A stretch of DNA of 64,000 bases from a virus (taxonomy: Duplodnaviria > Caudoviricetes): IMG/VR virus record IMGVR_UViG_3300028887_000080, positions 60,222-124,221 of that record; one strand, written 5' to 3'. The translations under genes and the position numbers were made by a program. Each line of letters opens with the position of its first letter. The first letter of the stretch is position 1. Below are positions 1 to 9,981 of the stretch, one piece after another. The notes beneath the pieces are model-generated. The model was not told the DNA's origin. It was given only the letters and a program-made list of their open reading frames with translations, and searched no databases.

Positions 1-1204
1 TTCCATATTCGGCATATACACCGTTGATTGGATTTTCTTTGAGAGATGTCACGATGTTTTGAGGAAGGTTGGCGCCGAACAAGTCCATAGTCTTGTCGAA
101 TAACATTATGAAACCGTCTTTCAGTTTGATACCGACGCTTTTCAAAGATTCTTTGATTTTATTGAATGCTTTTTTGGCGAAATCACCGATTTTGCCTTCG
201 TTCACACCGTAGCGTTCGTTAATGAACTGTGATGTTGACATCACATATTTGTTGTTGCTTTCTTCCTGTTTCATTGCTGCTTGAAGTCTATATTGTTTGT
301 TTTGTTGAAGTTTTTGTTTCATTTCATCCGGGTTTCCGAATATGACTTGGAAATGTTTCTTTCCTACTTCTGCGTCATCCGACGCGGACTGCCCGATTAT
401 GGGAAGGTATCCAAGTTGCGGGTTTATTGTATCTTCCCATCCGTCGATTATGTATTGCTTGTCGAAATCGCAGGCACAGAACATATTTACAATGTTTGTC
501 GCCCTTTTAAGTTCCCAATCCTTGATGCTGTCATTGTTGAATGTCGATTTATAGAACATACCTTCAAAGATTGTTCCTTTCGACACGTTCCAATCGCTCA
601 AGTCGACATTCGGGAGGTCTTTGAAAGCAAAGACCGCGGTAAAGTCCCTGACGTCTGTCACATCGAACAATGAATACGGAAGTATTGCGTCTTGGGTTGT
701 GAGTCCAGGATATTCTCCGTTGATGAGCATATTGTATGTCAAATCCGATGCGTAGTTGATGTCGTCATAGTCGCCTTTTATGTATGCGCTTCCGTTTTTG
801 TCGGTGTTGATGACGCGTTTTGATTGCTGCGGTGCCACTGTTGTGTTTCGCTTGCTTGTTGAATTTTGTTTTTTCACCTGCGACTTTTCAATGTCGTCCG
901 TTGTGTTGTATTCCTTTTCGTCATCATCATCGTCATTTTCAGTTTCATCGTCAGGGATGTCGTCTTCAAATTCGGACATTGCCTTCTGATAGTCGCTCCA
1001 AGCGTCCTCGTTGATTGGCTCCCCGAATGGTTTTGAGTTCAACATTTCATTGACAGAAACTGTCACTTCGTTTTCATTTTCTGAAATAAACTGCTCATAC
1101 AGTTTTTTTATTTCTGAAAGCGGAAGGGTTTTGTCGATTTTCCCCCAAAAGTTCTCCGCCACGAACTTTGTGGCGTGTGACATATTGTAGATGTTTGCGT
1201 TCAT
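1..1204 (-). CDS. Large protein running off the window start, with acidic N-region and BspA/DUF285-like repeats; possible virion protein
   Basis: ATG at 1204, frame open to position 1; DLSDWNVSKGTIFEGMF / IKDWELKRATNIVNMF repeats; internal SQFINE...VNEG motifs. Confidence 0.6.
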   Translation of the reverse strand, partial: MNANIYNMSHATKFVAENFWGKIDKTLPLSEIKKLYEQFISENENEVTVSVNEMLNSKPFGEPINEDAWSDYQKAMSEFEDDIPDDETENDDDDDEKEYNTTDDIEKSQVKKQNSTSKRNTTVAPQQSKRVINTDKNGSAYIKGDYDDINYASDLTYNMLINGEYPGLTTQDAILPYSLFDVTDVRDFTAVFAFKDLPNVDLSDWNVSKGTIFEGMFYKSTFNNDSIKDWELKRATNIVNMFCACDFDKQYIIDGWEDTINPQLGYLPIIGQSASDDAEVGKKHFQVIFGNPDEMKQKLQQNKQYRLQAAMKQEESNNKYVMSTSQFINERYGVNEGKIGDFAKKAFNKIKESLKSVGIKLKDGFIMLFDKTMDLFGANLPQNIVTSLKENPINGVYAEYG

Positions 1205-1235
1205 ATCTTTGTCTTTATTATATTGTATGTTAAGG

Positions 1236-3242
1236 TTATTCAAAATCTTCTGTGTCCTTTCTTACGATTATCGAATCGCGGAGCGGTTCTCTCCAATCCC
1301 TTCCGCATTTGAAGTATTGTTCAAGCGTACCGCTTGTGAAAGTACCCCAGTTGACACTGACTTGCTCGTCATTCACCTTTGCCTCTTCAAATGTCTTTTC
1401 GATGATTTCGATGACTTCATCAACGCATTCAGGCGGAACAACCCAACCTTCATCGTTAGTGTCCCTTATCTGTATGAGTTTGTCCTTTATTTTAGACCAA
1501 ATTGCAAGGACAGGAGGTGCGATTCTGACAAAATACGTCCTTCTTTTGATTGCTTCCCATTGACCGCCCATCATCTTTGCAAGTTCTTTCTGTGTCATAT
1601 TCGTCATTATAATGAACCTGCTCATAACTTCGGTTTCATTTGGAACCTTGCGTTCAACCGTAGTTTGGTTCTCTTCGGTGTCATCGTCGGATGTGTGTCT
1701 TTTTGAAGAGCTTTTCGCTTTGTTTATTTTGCCAGGGCATTCTTTGAAGTATCTTTTTTTGCAGTTCATAATGTCGCCGTTTGTCACTTCACGCATACTG
1801 TAGAAACCTCCGCCGCCGCCTTCGTTTGCGTTCGGTGCCTCGATGGTCACAAAATCATCACCCTTTGCCTCAAGGACGTGCAGCCACAAAGACCGTTGGT
1901 ATGCCGTTTTGAACAAGTCGGCTGTGTCGTCGAACACAAGAACCCTTCCGTTGTTATGGTATATGAAACTGTAGAGTTCCTTTGCGTTGCAGGCGCCGCT
2001 CCCCCTTTCTGCATAGTCTTTCACCTTTTTCAGACCCATACTGTCCTTGATGCTTTCCCAAGTGTAGGATTTTCCGATACCGCCAGTTCCAGAAACAAAG
2101 ACGGCTGAAGCACCGACGTGAAGGTCTTTGAGTTTTTCGGGTCTTGTCTTTTTGCAGAATTTCACAAGTTCCTCGATTTGGAAATGAAGTTCGTCCAAAT
2201 CTTTGAAATATCTGTCCGTAAGTTTTTTGAACTGCTTGAAGTCCATATTGAAATATTGGAGCATAGACGTGTCTATTCCCCTGTATGTCGCAGGTGTCTG
2301 CAACTCTGTGATGTAGTTGCATTCTTGGACTTCAACTTCGCTGTGTTCTTCCGTTTCAACATCCATACCGAATTTGTCCATATCAAATATGCAGCGTACT
2401 ATTGCCGTGCAGGTTTCAAGACCAGCGCCTTTCCAACCTTTCGGTACGGATTCCAAATTTGCGATTATTCTTTTGTAATCTTTCGCCTGATTGTCTTTTC
2501 TTTGGAAAATCTGCACCAAAATCGCAGGGTTCGTCACCTTTTCCTGTCTTATGATTTCTGCAAATTTCTTAATACCTTCAATGGTTACTGCGTCTGCGCT
2601 GACACGTCCCTCCCTTTCTTTTCCGTCAGTTCTTATGAACCTTTCAATCGGAGCGAATATATCGGATTTTTTTATTTCGCGATAATATTGCGAAGCGTTT
2701 GTGTATTCAAGTTTTTCATTGATTGAACCCTCGAAACCTGTATTGTTGTTTTCGTAAACACCTTTGAGATAAATGTCCGGATTGTTTATGATTTCAAACA
2801 TAAACGAGAACATCCTGACAAGTCCCATTTTGTTTGAACTTACCGTATAGTCTGCGGTCTGCTCCTTTTTCGTGGTGTCGAATTTCGTATAATATCTTAT
2901 GATTGCCGATGTTCCATTCTGTGTGGGCGATATTGAAACCGCGCTTTCGTCCTTTCCGCTGAAAACCAAAATGGTGTCAAGACCGTCAATGCTTTTGAAA
3001 AATGTGTGTGTGTATGCGTTCCAACCGCATTTTCTGTTTACAAGCGAAACAAATTCATCCGCGATTTTTTTCATTTTCGGATTGTCCGCAACAACGAGTT
3101 TGGGGTTCGTTTCACTCCCTGAATTGATGAAATCATTGAGTATGGTGTCAACGTCAACTCCGTCATCACCGTTCGCTTCCATAACAGGTTGTGTATAGTC
3201 GGCGAATTTTTTCGAGTCGATTATCTCTGAAAATTTTTTCAT
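1236..3242 (-). CDS. P-loop (AAA-like) ATPase with internal-protein-like leader MKKFSE
   Basis: Walker A GTGGIGKS, Walker B VLVFDD; TATAAATA upstream. Confidence 0.7.
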   Translation of the reverse strand: MKKFSEIIDSKKFADYTQPVMEANGDDGVDVDTILNDFINSGSETNPKLVVADNPKMKKIADEFVSLVNRKCGWNAYTHTFFKSIDGLDTILVFSGKDESAVSISPTQNGTSAIIRYYTKFDTTKKEQTADYTVSSNKMGLVRMFSFMFEIINNPDIYLKGVYENNNTGFEGSINEKLEYTNASQYYREIKKSDIFAPIERFIRTDGKEREGRVSADAVTIEGIKKFAEIIRQEKVTNPAILVQIFQRKDNQAKDYKRIIANLESVPKGWKGAGLETCTAIVRCIFDMDKFGMDVETEEHSEVEVQECNYITELQTPATYRGIDTSMLQYFNMDFKQFKKLTDRYFKDLDELHFQIEELVKFCKKTRPEKLKDLHVGASAVFVSGTGGIGKSYTWESIKDSMGLKKVKDYAERGSGACNAKELYSFIYHNNGRVLVFDDTADLFKTAYQRSLWLHVLEAKGDDFVTIEAPNANEGGGGGFYSMREVTNGDIMNCKKRYFKECPGKINKAKSSSKRHTSDDDTEENQTTVERKVPNETEVMSRFIIMTNMTQKELAKMMGGQWEAIKRRTYFVRIAPPVLAIWSKIKDKLIQIRDTNDEGWVVPPECVDEVIEIIEKTFEEAKVNDEQVSVNWGTFTSGTLEQYFKCGRDWREPLRDSIIVRKDTEDFE

Positions 3243-3276
3243 ATCTTTGTGTTTATTTTTTTATTCAAAAACAAAA

Positions 3277-3297
3277 ATGCGGCACATTGTGCCGCAT
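3277..3297 (-). terminator. Intrinsic terminator hairpin
   Basis: ATGCGGCACA-T-TGTGCCGCAT followed by a T run on the minus strand. Confidence 0.6.
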
Positions 3298-3298
3298 A

Positions 3299-3306
3299 TA
3301 TTTATA
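3299..3306 (-). promoter_or_regulatory. T4-type late promoter TATAAATA
   Basis: Exact motif upstream of the 3242 start. Confidence 0.7.
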
Positions 3307-3323
3307 TGATTTGAAAATTCAGA

Positions 3324-3342
3324 GATATATCAGTGATATATC
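3324..3342. repeat. GATATATC-N3-GATATATC box
   Basis: GATATATC AGT GATATATC; one of 8 copies. Confidence 0.85.
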
Positions 3343-4240
3343 AATCCTTTTTGGACTGCCTTCGCTCTGACAACCAATCCATATAGTCGTCAAGTGCTGT
3401 GGGACAGTATTTTTCGATGAGGTCTTTGCTCCACCATTGGAAGTGACCGCTCTGCGGCATAGGTTCGTTGAATGAAACCTCTATGCCCATTTCGTTGTAG
3501 AGTTCATCGAACCCCTCAAGACCGAAGTCGTATCCGAGTCTCGCCGCCACCATAAACTTTTGGATGAGGTCGAACAGTTTCGGTTTTGAGTTCTCGGAAG
3601 GAACGCCTCCGCAGTAGTAACGCCAATCGAGCATAAGTTTGTAGTCCTTCTGTGTATACTTCATCTGCGTGATATACTCGAACGCAAGTCCAAGTCTGTT
3701 GAGCATTTCCTTGTGCACTTTCGTCGCCTTGATGCTCCGCTCGACCGACGTGTTCAGGATTTTGTCGAACTCTTCGTCGTCGGTGCCCTCAAGTTCTATG
3801 TTCATATTCCTTGTCCATTCAGGTATCGGCATAGTGTCGTCGTATGAATTGATGACGCTGTCAAGGAACTTTTCCCTCATACATTGGTCAAACATTTTCT
3901 GCTTGACGTTTTCTTCATACTTTTCCCTGTTCTTGTCTGTGAACTCGCCCATCCTAATTTTAGTCATAATGGTGACAATTTCCTTGTACTGCTGTTTCGA
4001 CACATTGATACCGAGCATATCGCTGACGGTCGTGTAATCCTCCTCCATAATGGCATTGGTCTCGTCAAGCATCGCCTGCATCTCCTCAATGCCGACTTTG
4101 AGAAGGACTTGGACTTTCATACGCCAATCCATTTCGTCAGGAATACCGACCTTGTTGGACACGTCAAGGTATGCTTCCATCGCCTTGGTAAGCCGTTTGT
4201 TTGTTTTTTTGTTTTCCTTTTTGTCTTTTTTATCTTTCAT
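3341..4240 (-). CDS. Hypothetical protein
   Basis: Long ORF, ATG at 4240. Confidence 0.7.
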   Translation of the reverse strand: MKDKKDKKENKKTNKRLTKAMEAYLDVSNKVGIPDEMDWRMKVQVLLKVGIEEMQAMLDETNAIMEEDYTTVSDMLGINVSKQQYKEIVTIMTKIRMGEFTDKNREKYEENVKQKMFDQCMREKFLDSVINSYDDTMPIPEWTRNMNIELEGTDDEEFDKILNTSVERSIKATKVHKEMLNRLGLAFEYITQMKYTQKDYKLMLDWRYYCGGVPSENSKPKLFDLIQKFMVAARLGYDFGLEGFDELYNEMGIEVSFNEPMPQSGHFQWWSKDLIEKYCPTALDDYMDWLSERRQSKKD

Positions 4241-4267
4241 AGTATGGTTGTTTTGTTTATTCAAAAA

Positions 4268-4699
4268 TCACTTGACAAAAGTCCTTTCCCCGTATAGATG
4301 CTTCAGCGACACAACAAGGTACAGTTTCATAGGAAACGATGATGAATAGTGGGGGTTTTTCATATATGCGCACACAGGCGCCTTGTCTGCAATGTCTTTG
4401 CCATAGGTCTTGACAACAGTCCCCTTTGAGACAAGTTCAAGTTTTTCCACATTTTCCCTGACAACTCTTGCAGCGTCGTTTCTTGCCTTTTTTGTATCCT
4501 TTTCGACAAATACACTTGTGAGAAGCATCCAACTTTTTTTCAACCTTTCGTTGGTTATGAGTATCTTGTCGTTTTCAAGGTCTGCAACTGCCATATATAC
4601 TCCGACAGGCAACTCCATCAATTCATCCCTTCGCCATTTGTATTCTATGCAAATAACTTCTGATAATTGCTCTGCAAAGTCCGAATCGCTGAACCTCAT
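4268..4699 (-). CDS. Hypothetical protein (starts MRFSDS, weak match to the MRxTDS tag)
   Basis: ATG at 4699 just after the upstream stop. Confidence 0.6.
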   Translation of the reverse strand: MRFSDSDFAEQLSEVICIEYKWRRDELMELPVGVYMAVADLENDKILITNERLKKSWMLLTSVFVEKDTKKARNDAARVVRENVEKLELVSKGTVVKTYGKDIADKAPVCAYMKNPHYSSSFPMKLYLVVSLKHLYGERTFVK

Positions 4700-4712
4700 T
4701 TCGGTTGTTTTA

Positions 4713-5228
4713 TTAGTTTCCTTTTCTGAATGTGATGTAGTCCCCTGAACTTTCCTTCGCGTCAAGTTCATTTTTGAACGGAAGGTCGTCATAATCCATA
4801 TTGTCGTTGTATGTATATACAACACTGCCGTCGCCGAAAAGATAGTTGAGCAATGTCTCTTTGGACTCAAGAACCGCTCCGACAAAGTTGCTTGTTCCGC
4901 CGCCGTGGTCAATGTAGTGCCAATCGCCGCTTTGCGGTTTTACAAACACCGCTTCGCAACCGTTTTCGGCAAGCGTGTTTTTGATAAAGTCCATACCCGT
5001 TGTGGTGATGTCTCCGATTACACACCCGTCCACACTGTACATTGCGGTGTAGAGATAGGAACCCCTTTCAACAGGTGTCGAAAGTTTTTCCACTTCCCAT
5101 CCGTATTCACCCATATAAAATTCAAAGCATTTGGGGATTTCCATTTTTTGCGGTGCCGCGGCAATCGCGATTGTATGCACTGAACTTGAATTGGTCTCGA
5201 AGACCGATTTTCTGATTTGCTGTTTCAT
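4713..5228 (-). CDS. FETNSSSxH-motif protein 2 (radical SAM associated)
   Basis: N-terminus MKQQIRKSVFETNSSSVH. Confidence 0.75.
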   Translation of the reverse strand: MKQQIRKSVFETNSSSVHTIAIAAAPQKMEIPKCFEFYMGEYGWEVEKLSTPVERGSYLYTAMYSVDGCVIGDITTTGMDFIKNTLAENGCEAVFVKPQSGDWHYIDHGGGTSNFVGAVLESKETLLNYLFGDGSVVYTYNDNMDYDDLPFKNELDAKESSGDYITFRKGN

Positions 5229-5249
5229 AATTTAACGGAATTTAATAGT

Positions 5250-5783
5250 TTAACTGTGATAATAGTTGCCGATGATATGAATGCCCTGTTCTGTGGAATC
5301 GTGCTCGAACGGTGAATCGCAGTCGTTGTTCCTGATGTAACTGTTGTAGAACTCGTCGTATGTCATCCACATCCCGTCGTCAATGCTCATTTCGGTTTCC
5401 TTGTAAAGGTCAAGACCCATATTTTTCCATTTCGCGGTTTCACTGTTGTAGTGTTTTTCCTCGAATGTATAGCAATCGTAGTCTTTGTCGCGGTTCTCGA
5501 AACTTTTTTTGTATAGTTCGAGCGATTTCACCCGTTCGTCCACGATTTTCTGCAACAATAACGCATTCTCCATTGCCGCACTGCTGTTGTCTTCGGTGAA
5601 CTCAAGTTCGTACATATAACTCCAAAAGTTCCCCCAAGTGTTGATGTCCTCACTGTGTGCCTTCACACGGGCGAGAAGGTCGCCGTTTTTCCACTTTCGG
5701 TAGTTTTCACGGTTCATCAACACAAGCGAGTGCTCGCTTGATGAGTTCGTTTCAAATATGCCGTTTCTGACCTTCGTTTTCAT
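5250..5783 (-). CDS. FETNSSSxH-motif protein 1 (radical SAM associated)
   Basis: N-terminus MKTKVRNGIFETNSSSEH. Confidence 0.75.
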   Translation of the reverse strand: MKTKVRNGIFETNSSSEHSLVLMNRENYRKWKNGDLLARVKAHSEDINTWGNFWSYMYELEFTEDNSSAAMENALLLQKIVDERVKSLELYKKSFENRDKDYDCYTFEEKHYNSETAKWKNMGLDLYKETEMSIDDGMWMTYDEFYNSYIRNNDCDSPFEHDSTEQGIHIIGNYYHS

Positions 5784-5786
5784 AGT

Positions 5787-6695
5787 TTATTTCTTTTGGT
5801 TGTTTGCAGATTGTTTTCTGACATCGTTGAACATTTCAACGACATCCATATTTCCGATTGGTTTTCTTTCTGTGGACAATGAGTTCATCGCATACTCGTT
5901 CTTCACGAGGTCTGCATAGAAGGTGTAGTTGCCGTCGTCTCCCATATAGAACTCCTCCCATTCCTTGTCGGACATAATGCGCTTCACGTCCAACTGCTTT
6001 ATGGCAAGGTTGTCAAAACTGACCACCTTGAACCACTCGGTCATTTTCGGAAGGACTGTATAGAGGTACATCCTGTTCGCCTGCATCTCGTCCGCGTTCT
6101 CCTCCTTGAAGGACACCCCGCGACCCAAGTCTTTGTAACCGAGTATGAGGATTTTTATTCCCCTGTCCTTCAATTTGTCAATGTCCGTCTTTGACAGCAC
6201 GCCGCAGATGGTGTGCAGCACGCAGTTCTTCAACTGTGACATCATATCAATCAGTTCGTCATTCGCCTCAACCAATGAAACCCCGATTCCGTACAGTAGG
6301 TTTCTTTCCTGAAAGTCCTTTATCTTTTCAAGGTTGTTCGCCAACTGCTTTTGGTTGACCGTGATGTTGGTGATGATGTGCTTTCCTTTCAGGAACACAA
6401 GAAGTTCCTCAAGTTGGGGATGGTTCATATCGTTTCCGTTCAGAGCGAGTTCCGTGTACGGGCGCAGTGAATTTAGAAACCTGCTGTTGAAGTCAATGCG
6501 TGAGTGTTCCCCGTTCGGCGTGCAGTTCTCATAACAAAATTGGCAACTGATTTGGCAGTTGTCTGTAATTTTTACGTCAATGTTCTCTGGAAATTCGGGG
6601 ACAAACTCATCATCCTCCGTGCGGCGGATTTTTGTGCCGTCATCATAGATGGTCACACGATAGTTTCCGTTCTTGTATGCTCCAAGTCTTTTCAT
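5787..6695 (-). CDS. Radical SAM protein
   Basis: CxxxCxxC motif CQISCQFC. Confidence 0.85.
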   Translation of the reverse strand: MKRLGAYKNGNYRVTIYDDGTKIRRTEDDEFVPEFPENIDVKITDNCQISCQFCYENCTPNGEHSRIDFNSRFLNSLRPYTELALNGNDMNHPQLEELLVFLKGKHIITNITVNQKQLANNLEKIKDFQERNLLYGIGVSLVEANDELIDMMSQLKNCVLHTICGVLSKTDIDKLKDRGIKILILGYKDLGRGVSFKEENADEMQANRMYLYTVLPKMTEWFKVVSFDNLAIKQLDVKRIMSDKEWEEFYMGDDGNYTFYADLVKNEYAMNSLSTERKPIGNMDVVEMFNDVRKQSANNQKK

Positions 6696-6705
6696 ATTAC
6701 TGTTG

Positions 6706-7713
6706 TTAAATGGATAATTCCGAAATTGTATAATGTCCTATAATCTCTATTGCGTATGGGGGTATGTTGTCCGCAGAAAAAACGGACAGCGGTGCAAAAT
6801 TGTAGTCTATTGAAAAGTTCACGTTATTCGGTATTTTTGATATGTCAATCCTGTAAAACGTATATTCCTTGTCATTCACATAGGGTGTCCTGCTTTTTGT
6901 CTTTCCTGCATACAGCATATCCGCCACACTTTGCAGACCTTCATTTATGTTTATGATTTCCTCATTCAGCATATACACTCTGTCTGGGTATCCGAACTGC
7001 TCGTTCTTTGATTTCGGAACGAGTCCGTTTTTCAGTATTTTGTGTTCCTTTGAAGTGGGTGAAACGTGATACAGATATGTCTGTTGTCTTATTTTGTCAT
7101 TTATGAACTCCTGTACCCTCTGCTCATATTGCAGCACCACCCATTCGTCCATATTTCCGATTTTGGGAAACAATGCTTTCACATCAACATTGCACGAGCG
7201 GTAATAACCGAAACACTTCATAGATTCGTCCATAAGAAGGATGTTGTCGTTAATGTTCGGTATTATTGCAAGGACATAGGTGTATGTGCCGTCAGGGTTC
7301 TGCGGTGTCTGTATCTGCCAATCTTCAAGGTCATAGAACGGAACTATTGCATTGTATGCGTTGATTGCCGACGCGGATATGTTCAGCACCCATTTTGCAT
7401 TTCCGTCCAACACCTGTCGGATTTGTTTCGGCAACACCTTGTATTTGATGGACGGTTCGTATTTTTTGGATATGTGTTTCTTTACCGATATTGGTTTCAA
7501 TGATGAGGTCACACCTTCAAGAAGACATTTGTCGTTACCTATATTCCCACTCAAAGGATTTCCGAACACCTTGTGCGTGTTGAATACAGAGAGGTCTTTC
7601 GTCTGTTTCACGATTACCTCTGTCGGTATTTGCGCAAGGTCATTCTGCGTGATTGCAGAAGAAATCACAGCATTCACATCATAGTATTCGTTTATTCTTT
7701 TTATGTGTTCCAT
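6706..7713 (-). CDS. Protein with C-terminal ADP-ribosyltransferase/Tpt1-like domain and MEHIKRINEY leader
   Basis: YLYHVSP...ILKNGLVP...DRVYM motif. Confidence 0.5.
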   Translation of the reverse strand: MEHIKRINEYYDVNAVISSAITQNDLAQIPTEVIVKQTKDLSVFNTHKVFGNPLSGNIGNDKCLLEGVTSSLKPISVKKHISKKYEPSIKYKVLPKQIRQVLDGNAKWVLNISASAINAYNAIVPFYDLEDWQIQTPQNPDGTYTYVLAIIPNINDNILLMDESMKCFGYYRSCNVDVKALFPKIGNMDEWVVLQYEQRVQEFINDKIRQQTYLYHVSPTSKEHKILKNGLVPKSKNEQFGYPDRVYMLNEEIININEGLQSVADMLYAGKTKSRTPYVNDKEYTFYRIDISKIPNNVNFSIDYNFAPLSVFSADNIPPYAIEIIGHYTISELSI

Positions 7714-7715
7714 AA

Positions 7716-7726
7716 TTGAATATAAT
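7716..7726 (-). promoter_or_regulatory. Putative early/middle promoter ATTATATTCAA
   Basis: Exact 11-mer, 9 copies upstream of gene starts. Confidence 0.6.
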
Positions 7727-7731
7727 AAAAA

Positions 7732-9855
7732 TCACTTCATTTCTTCAATTCTTATTTTTAATGTGTTCCTGAAATACCATTCCCCGCGAACGCTCTCCTT
7801 CCGTTTTTCTTCAGGGACTCCGTTCAGGATTTCCTCCATAACCGATTTCGGCATAGCGATGTTGCAGGACAGCCACTCGGATGACTTCAGGAGCATACGC
7901 TCCCAATCCTCGTCCTTGAATGTTTCCTTTACGAAGTCCATTGCCTTTTCGATAATCTCGTTGATTTTCTTGTTCACGGAATCATTGTCATCCGTTCGCA
8001 TAAGCATTCCGCCATTCGTCCCGAACGGGTCTGTGAGGTATGTCGTGACGCAGGGGGTTCCCGTTGCGCCGAGCACGCTCATACCGCATTCCCTCACCAT
8101 TCTCGAAGCGAGTGACGTGGCGCGCATTATGTCCTGCGAGGCGCCTGTCGTTATGTGTTTATTTCCGAACACCTCGCATTCCGCGGCATAGCCAGCGAGA
8201 CAGACCGCGATTTCCTTCACGCAGTCCAAAACGGTCATAAACTCCGTTTCCTCCGTGTTGTCTTCCTGCATAAATCCGTTCGCTTTCTGCGACACGGTTC
8301 CTGACACGAGTTTGGCGGGAAGTTTGCCGAAGAGTTTGGCATACATAACGAAATGCCCGCTTTCGTGAACCGCCGTCAATGCTTGGTTTTCGTCCGCCTT
8401 GTTTTTCCGTTTCCCTTCAAGTCGCAACTGCTGCGGGAATTTCATCTCGTCTTTCATTACAGATTTGTATTCCCAAGACGCAATCACATTTCCGTCCTCA
8501 TAGGTGAAATATATCGTTGATATATCACCCTTTCCGCTCGACATAGCGTGCATTATGATTGACGGGAGTTTGGTCTGTATGATTTCATAGGCGGATGAGA
8601 ACACGGGTCTCGTCCCGTGAGTCGGGAAAACGCCGTCCCTGTATATGATGTCGTATATGCTGTCGTCGTATTTTATCTCTATGCCGTATTTCTCTTTCAC
8701 GGTTTGGGCATAGTTTCCGAGATAGAGTTTGATGATGTCCTCGAAGTTCTTTTTCGAGAACGACGGGTAGAGAACCATAATGTTTCCGAGTCTTGCAATC
8801 TGCTCGTTCCTGAACCTCACGCCGAGCGCCTCCTTGATGTCCACGAGTGTCATTCTCTCCGTCTTTATCCTGAATTGGTCGGGTTCCATATCGGGGTCGA
8901 CGTTGTACGCCATCTCGTATGCCTCGTCTATGTTCCCCATAACGAAGACGAGCGACTTGCTGAAGTTCACGTCATACCCGCCGCGCATAGACTTCTGTAT
9001 TCTTTGGACATACTTGTATAGGTCGTCCGCGTTCATATCCCGCATAGAATCCATATATTCCTCGTATGTCATATCGTGCTCTCCTGATATGCACGTCACC
9101 TCGTAGATTGGACCGAGCAGGTCGCTCGACACCCAAAACGTTATGTCGTTGTTGCAGGCGCAGTCGAAATGGTCGCACCAATACTTCCTGTTTCCGCACT
9201 TGTAGTCCTCGAACTCTCCGAGGTTGCCCGACACATTGAAGTTCGCCGCGAAGTCGCCTTTTTTATCTATGGGGAGTATATTGAATATGTGCTCGCCGTT
9301 TTTGAGGACGCCTTTCTCTACAACGCCTCCGAGTTCGCATACCATCTTCAGGATGGACGCCGCGTTGGTCATCTTGTTCTTGAAGTAGTTGCTGAACGTC
9401 CTGTGGAACTTTCCCGTGTCAATCACTTCCCATATCGTTTTCAGGGAGGTTTTGTTGTCCTTTTCCTTCCCTTCCGAATCTATGGTGGCGGCGAATTGAA
9501 ACTCGTCGAACACGAACACCCTGTTGGATTTCGTGTTGCCCATATTTTCAAGTATCTTGTCTTCTATGTCCTCCGAATCCTCCTCCCCGATTTTGGCGAG
9601 GTTGTAGACGCACATATCCTCTTTTATGTCGAGAAGTTCGCAAAGTCTGTTCACAAGACTTGTCTTTCCGCAACCAGTCAGTCCCCACAGGCATATAGTT
9701 ATCGGTTTCGTCTGTAGGTCAGGAAACACATACCATCCCCTCACGTTGTCTATTATGGTGTCTATAACACCGTCTATTCCGACAAACTCTTTCTTGAGTT
9801 GCAGTTTTGCATCCTCAACTGCCTTGAATTTGTTTCTGATTTCTTCGTTCTGCAT
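7732..9855 (-). CDS. AAA+ ATPase fused to peptidase M41 (FtsH-like) domain, no membrane anchor
   Basis: GLTGCGKT, VFDEF; HESGH zinc motif, LAGYAAE, TTGASQD. Confidence 0.8.
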   Translation of the reverse strand: MQNEEIRNKFKAVEDAKLQLKKEFVGIDGVIDTIIDNVRGWYVFPDLQTKPITICLWGLTGCGKTSLVNRLCELLDIKEDMCVYNLAKIGEEDSEDIEDKILENMGNTKSNRVFVFDEFQFAATIDSEGKEKDNKTSLKTIWEVIDTGKFHRTFSNYFKNKMTNAASILKMVCELGGVVEKGVLKNGEHIFNILPIDKKGDFAANFNVSGNLGEFEDYKCGNRKYWCDHFDCACNNDITFWVSSDLLGPIYEVTCISGEHDMTYEEYMDSMRDMNADDLYKYVQRIQKSMRGGYDVNFSKSLVFVMGNIDEAYEMAYNVDPDMEPDQFRIKTERMTLVDIKEALGVRFRNEQIARLGNIMVLYPSFSKKNFEDIIKLYLGNYAQTVKEKYGIEIKYDDSIYDIIYRDGVFPTHGTRPVFSSAYEIIQTKLPSIIMHAMSSGKGDISTIYFTYEDGNVIASWEYKSVMKDEMKFPQQLRLEGKRKNKADENQALTAVHESGHFVMYAKLFGKLPAKLVSGTVSQKANGFMQEDNTEETEFMTVLDCVKEIAVCLAGYAAECEVFGNKHITTGASQDIMRATSLASRMVRECGMSVLGATGTPCVTTYLTDPFGTNGGMLMRTDDNDSVNKKINEIIEKAMDFVKETFKDEDWERMLLKSSEWLSCNIAMPKSVMEEILNGVPEEKRKESVRGEWYFRNTLKIRIEEMK

Positions 9856-9954
9856 AGTTCGCCTGTTTTGGTACAAGTTTAATATAACAAAAAACGAAGG
9901 TTTTTTTAAGCGAATGGATGAAAATTATCTGAAATACTATTCGGTCTTGTTGAT

Positions 9955-9962
9955 TATAAATA
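9955..9962 (+). promoter_or_regulatory. Late promoter TATAAATA
   Basis: Exact motif 20 nt before 9982. Confidence 0.75.
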
Positions 9963-9981
9963 TATTGAAAATAATTTTGCA

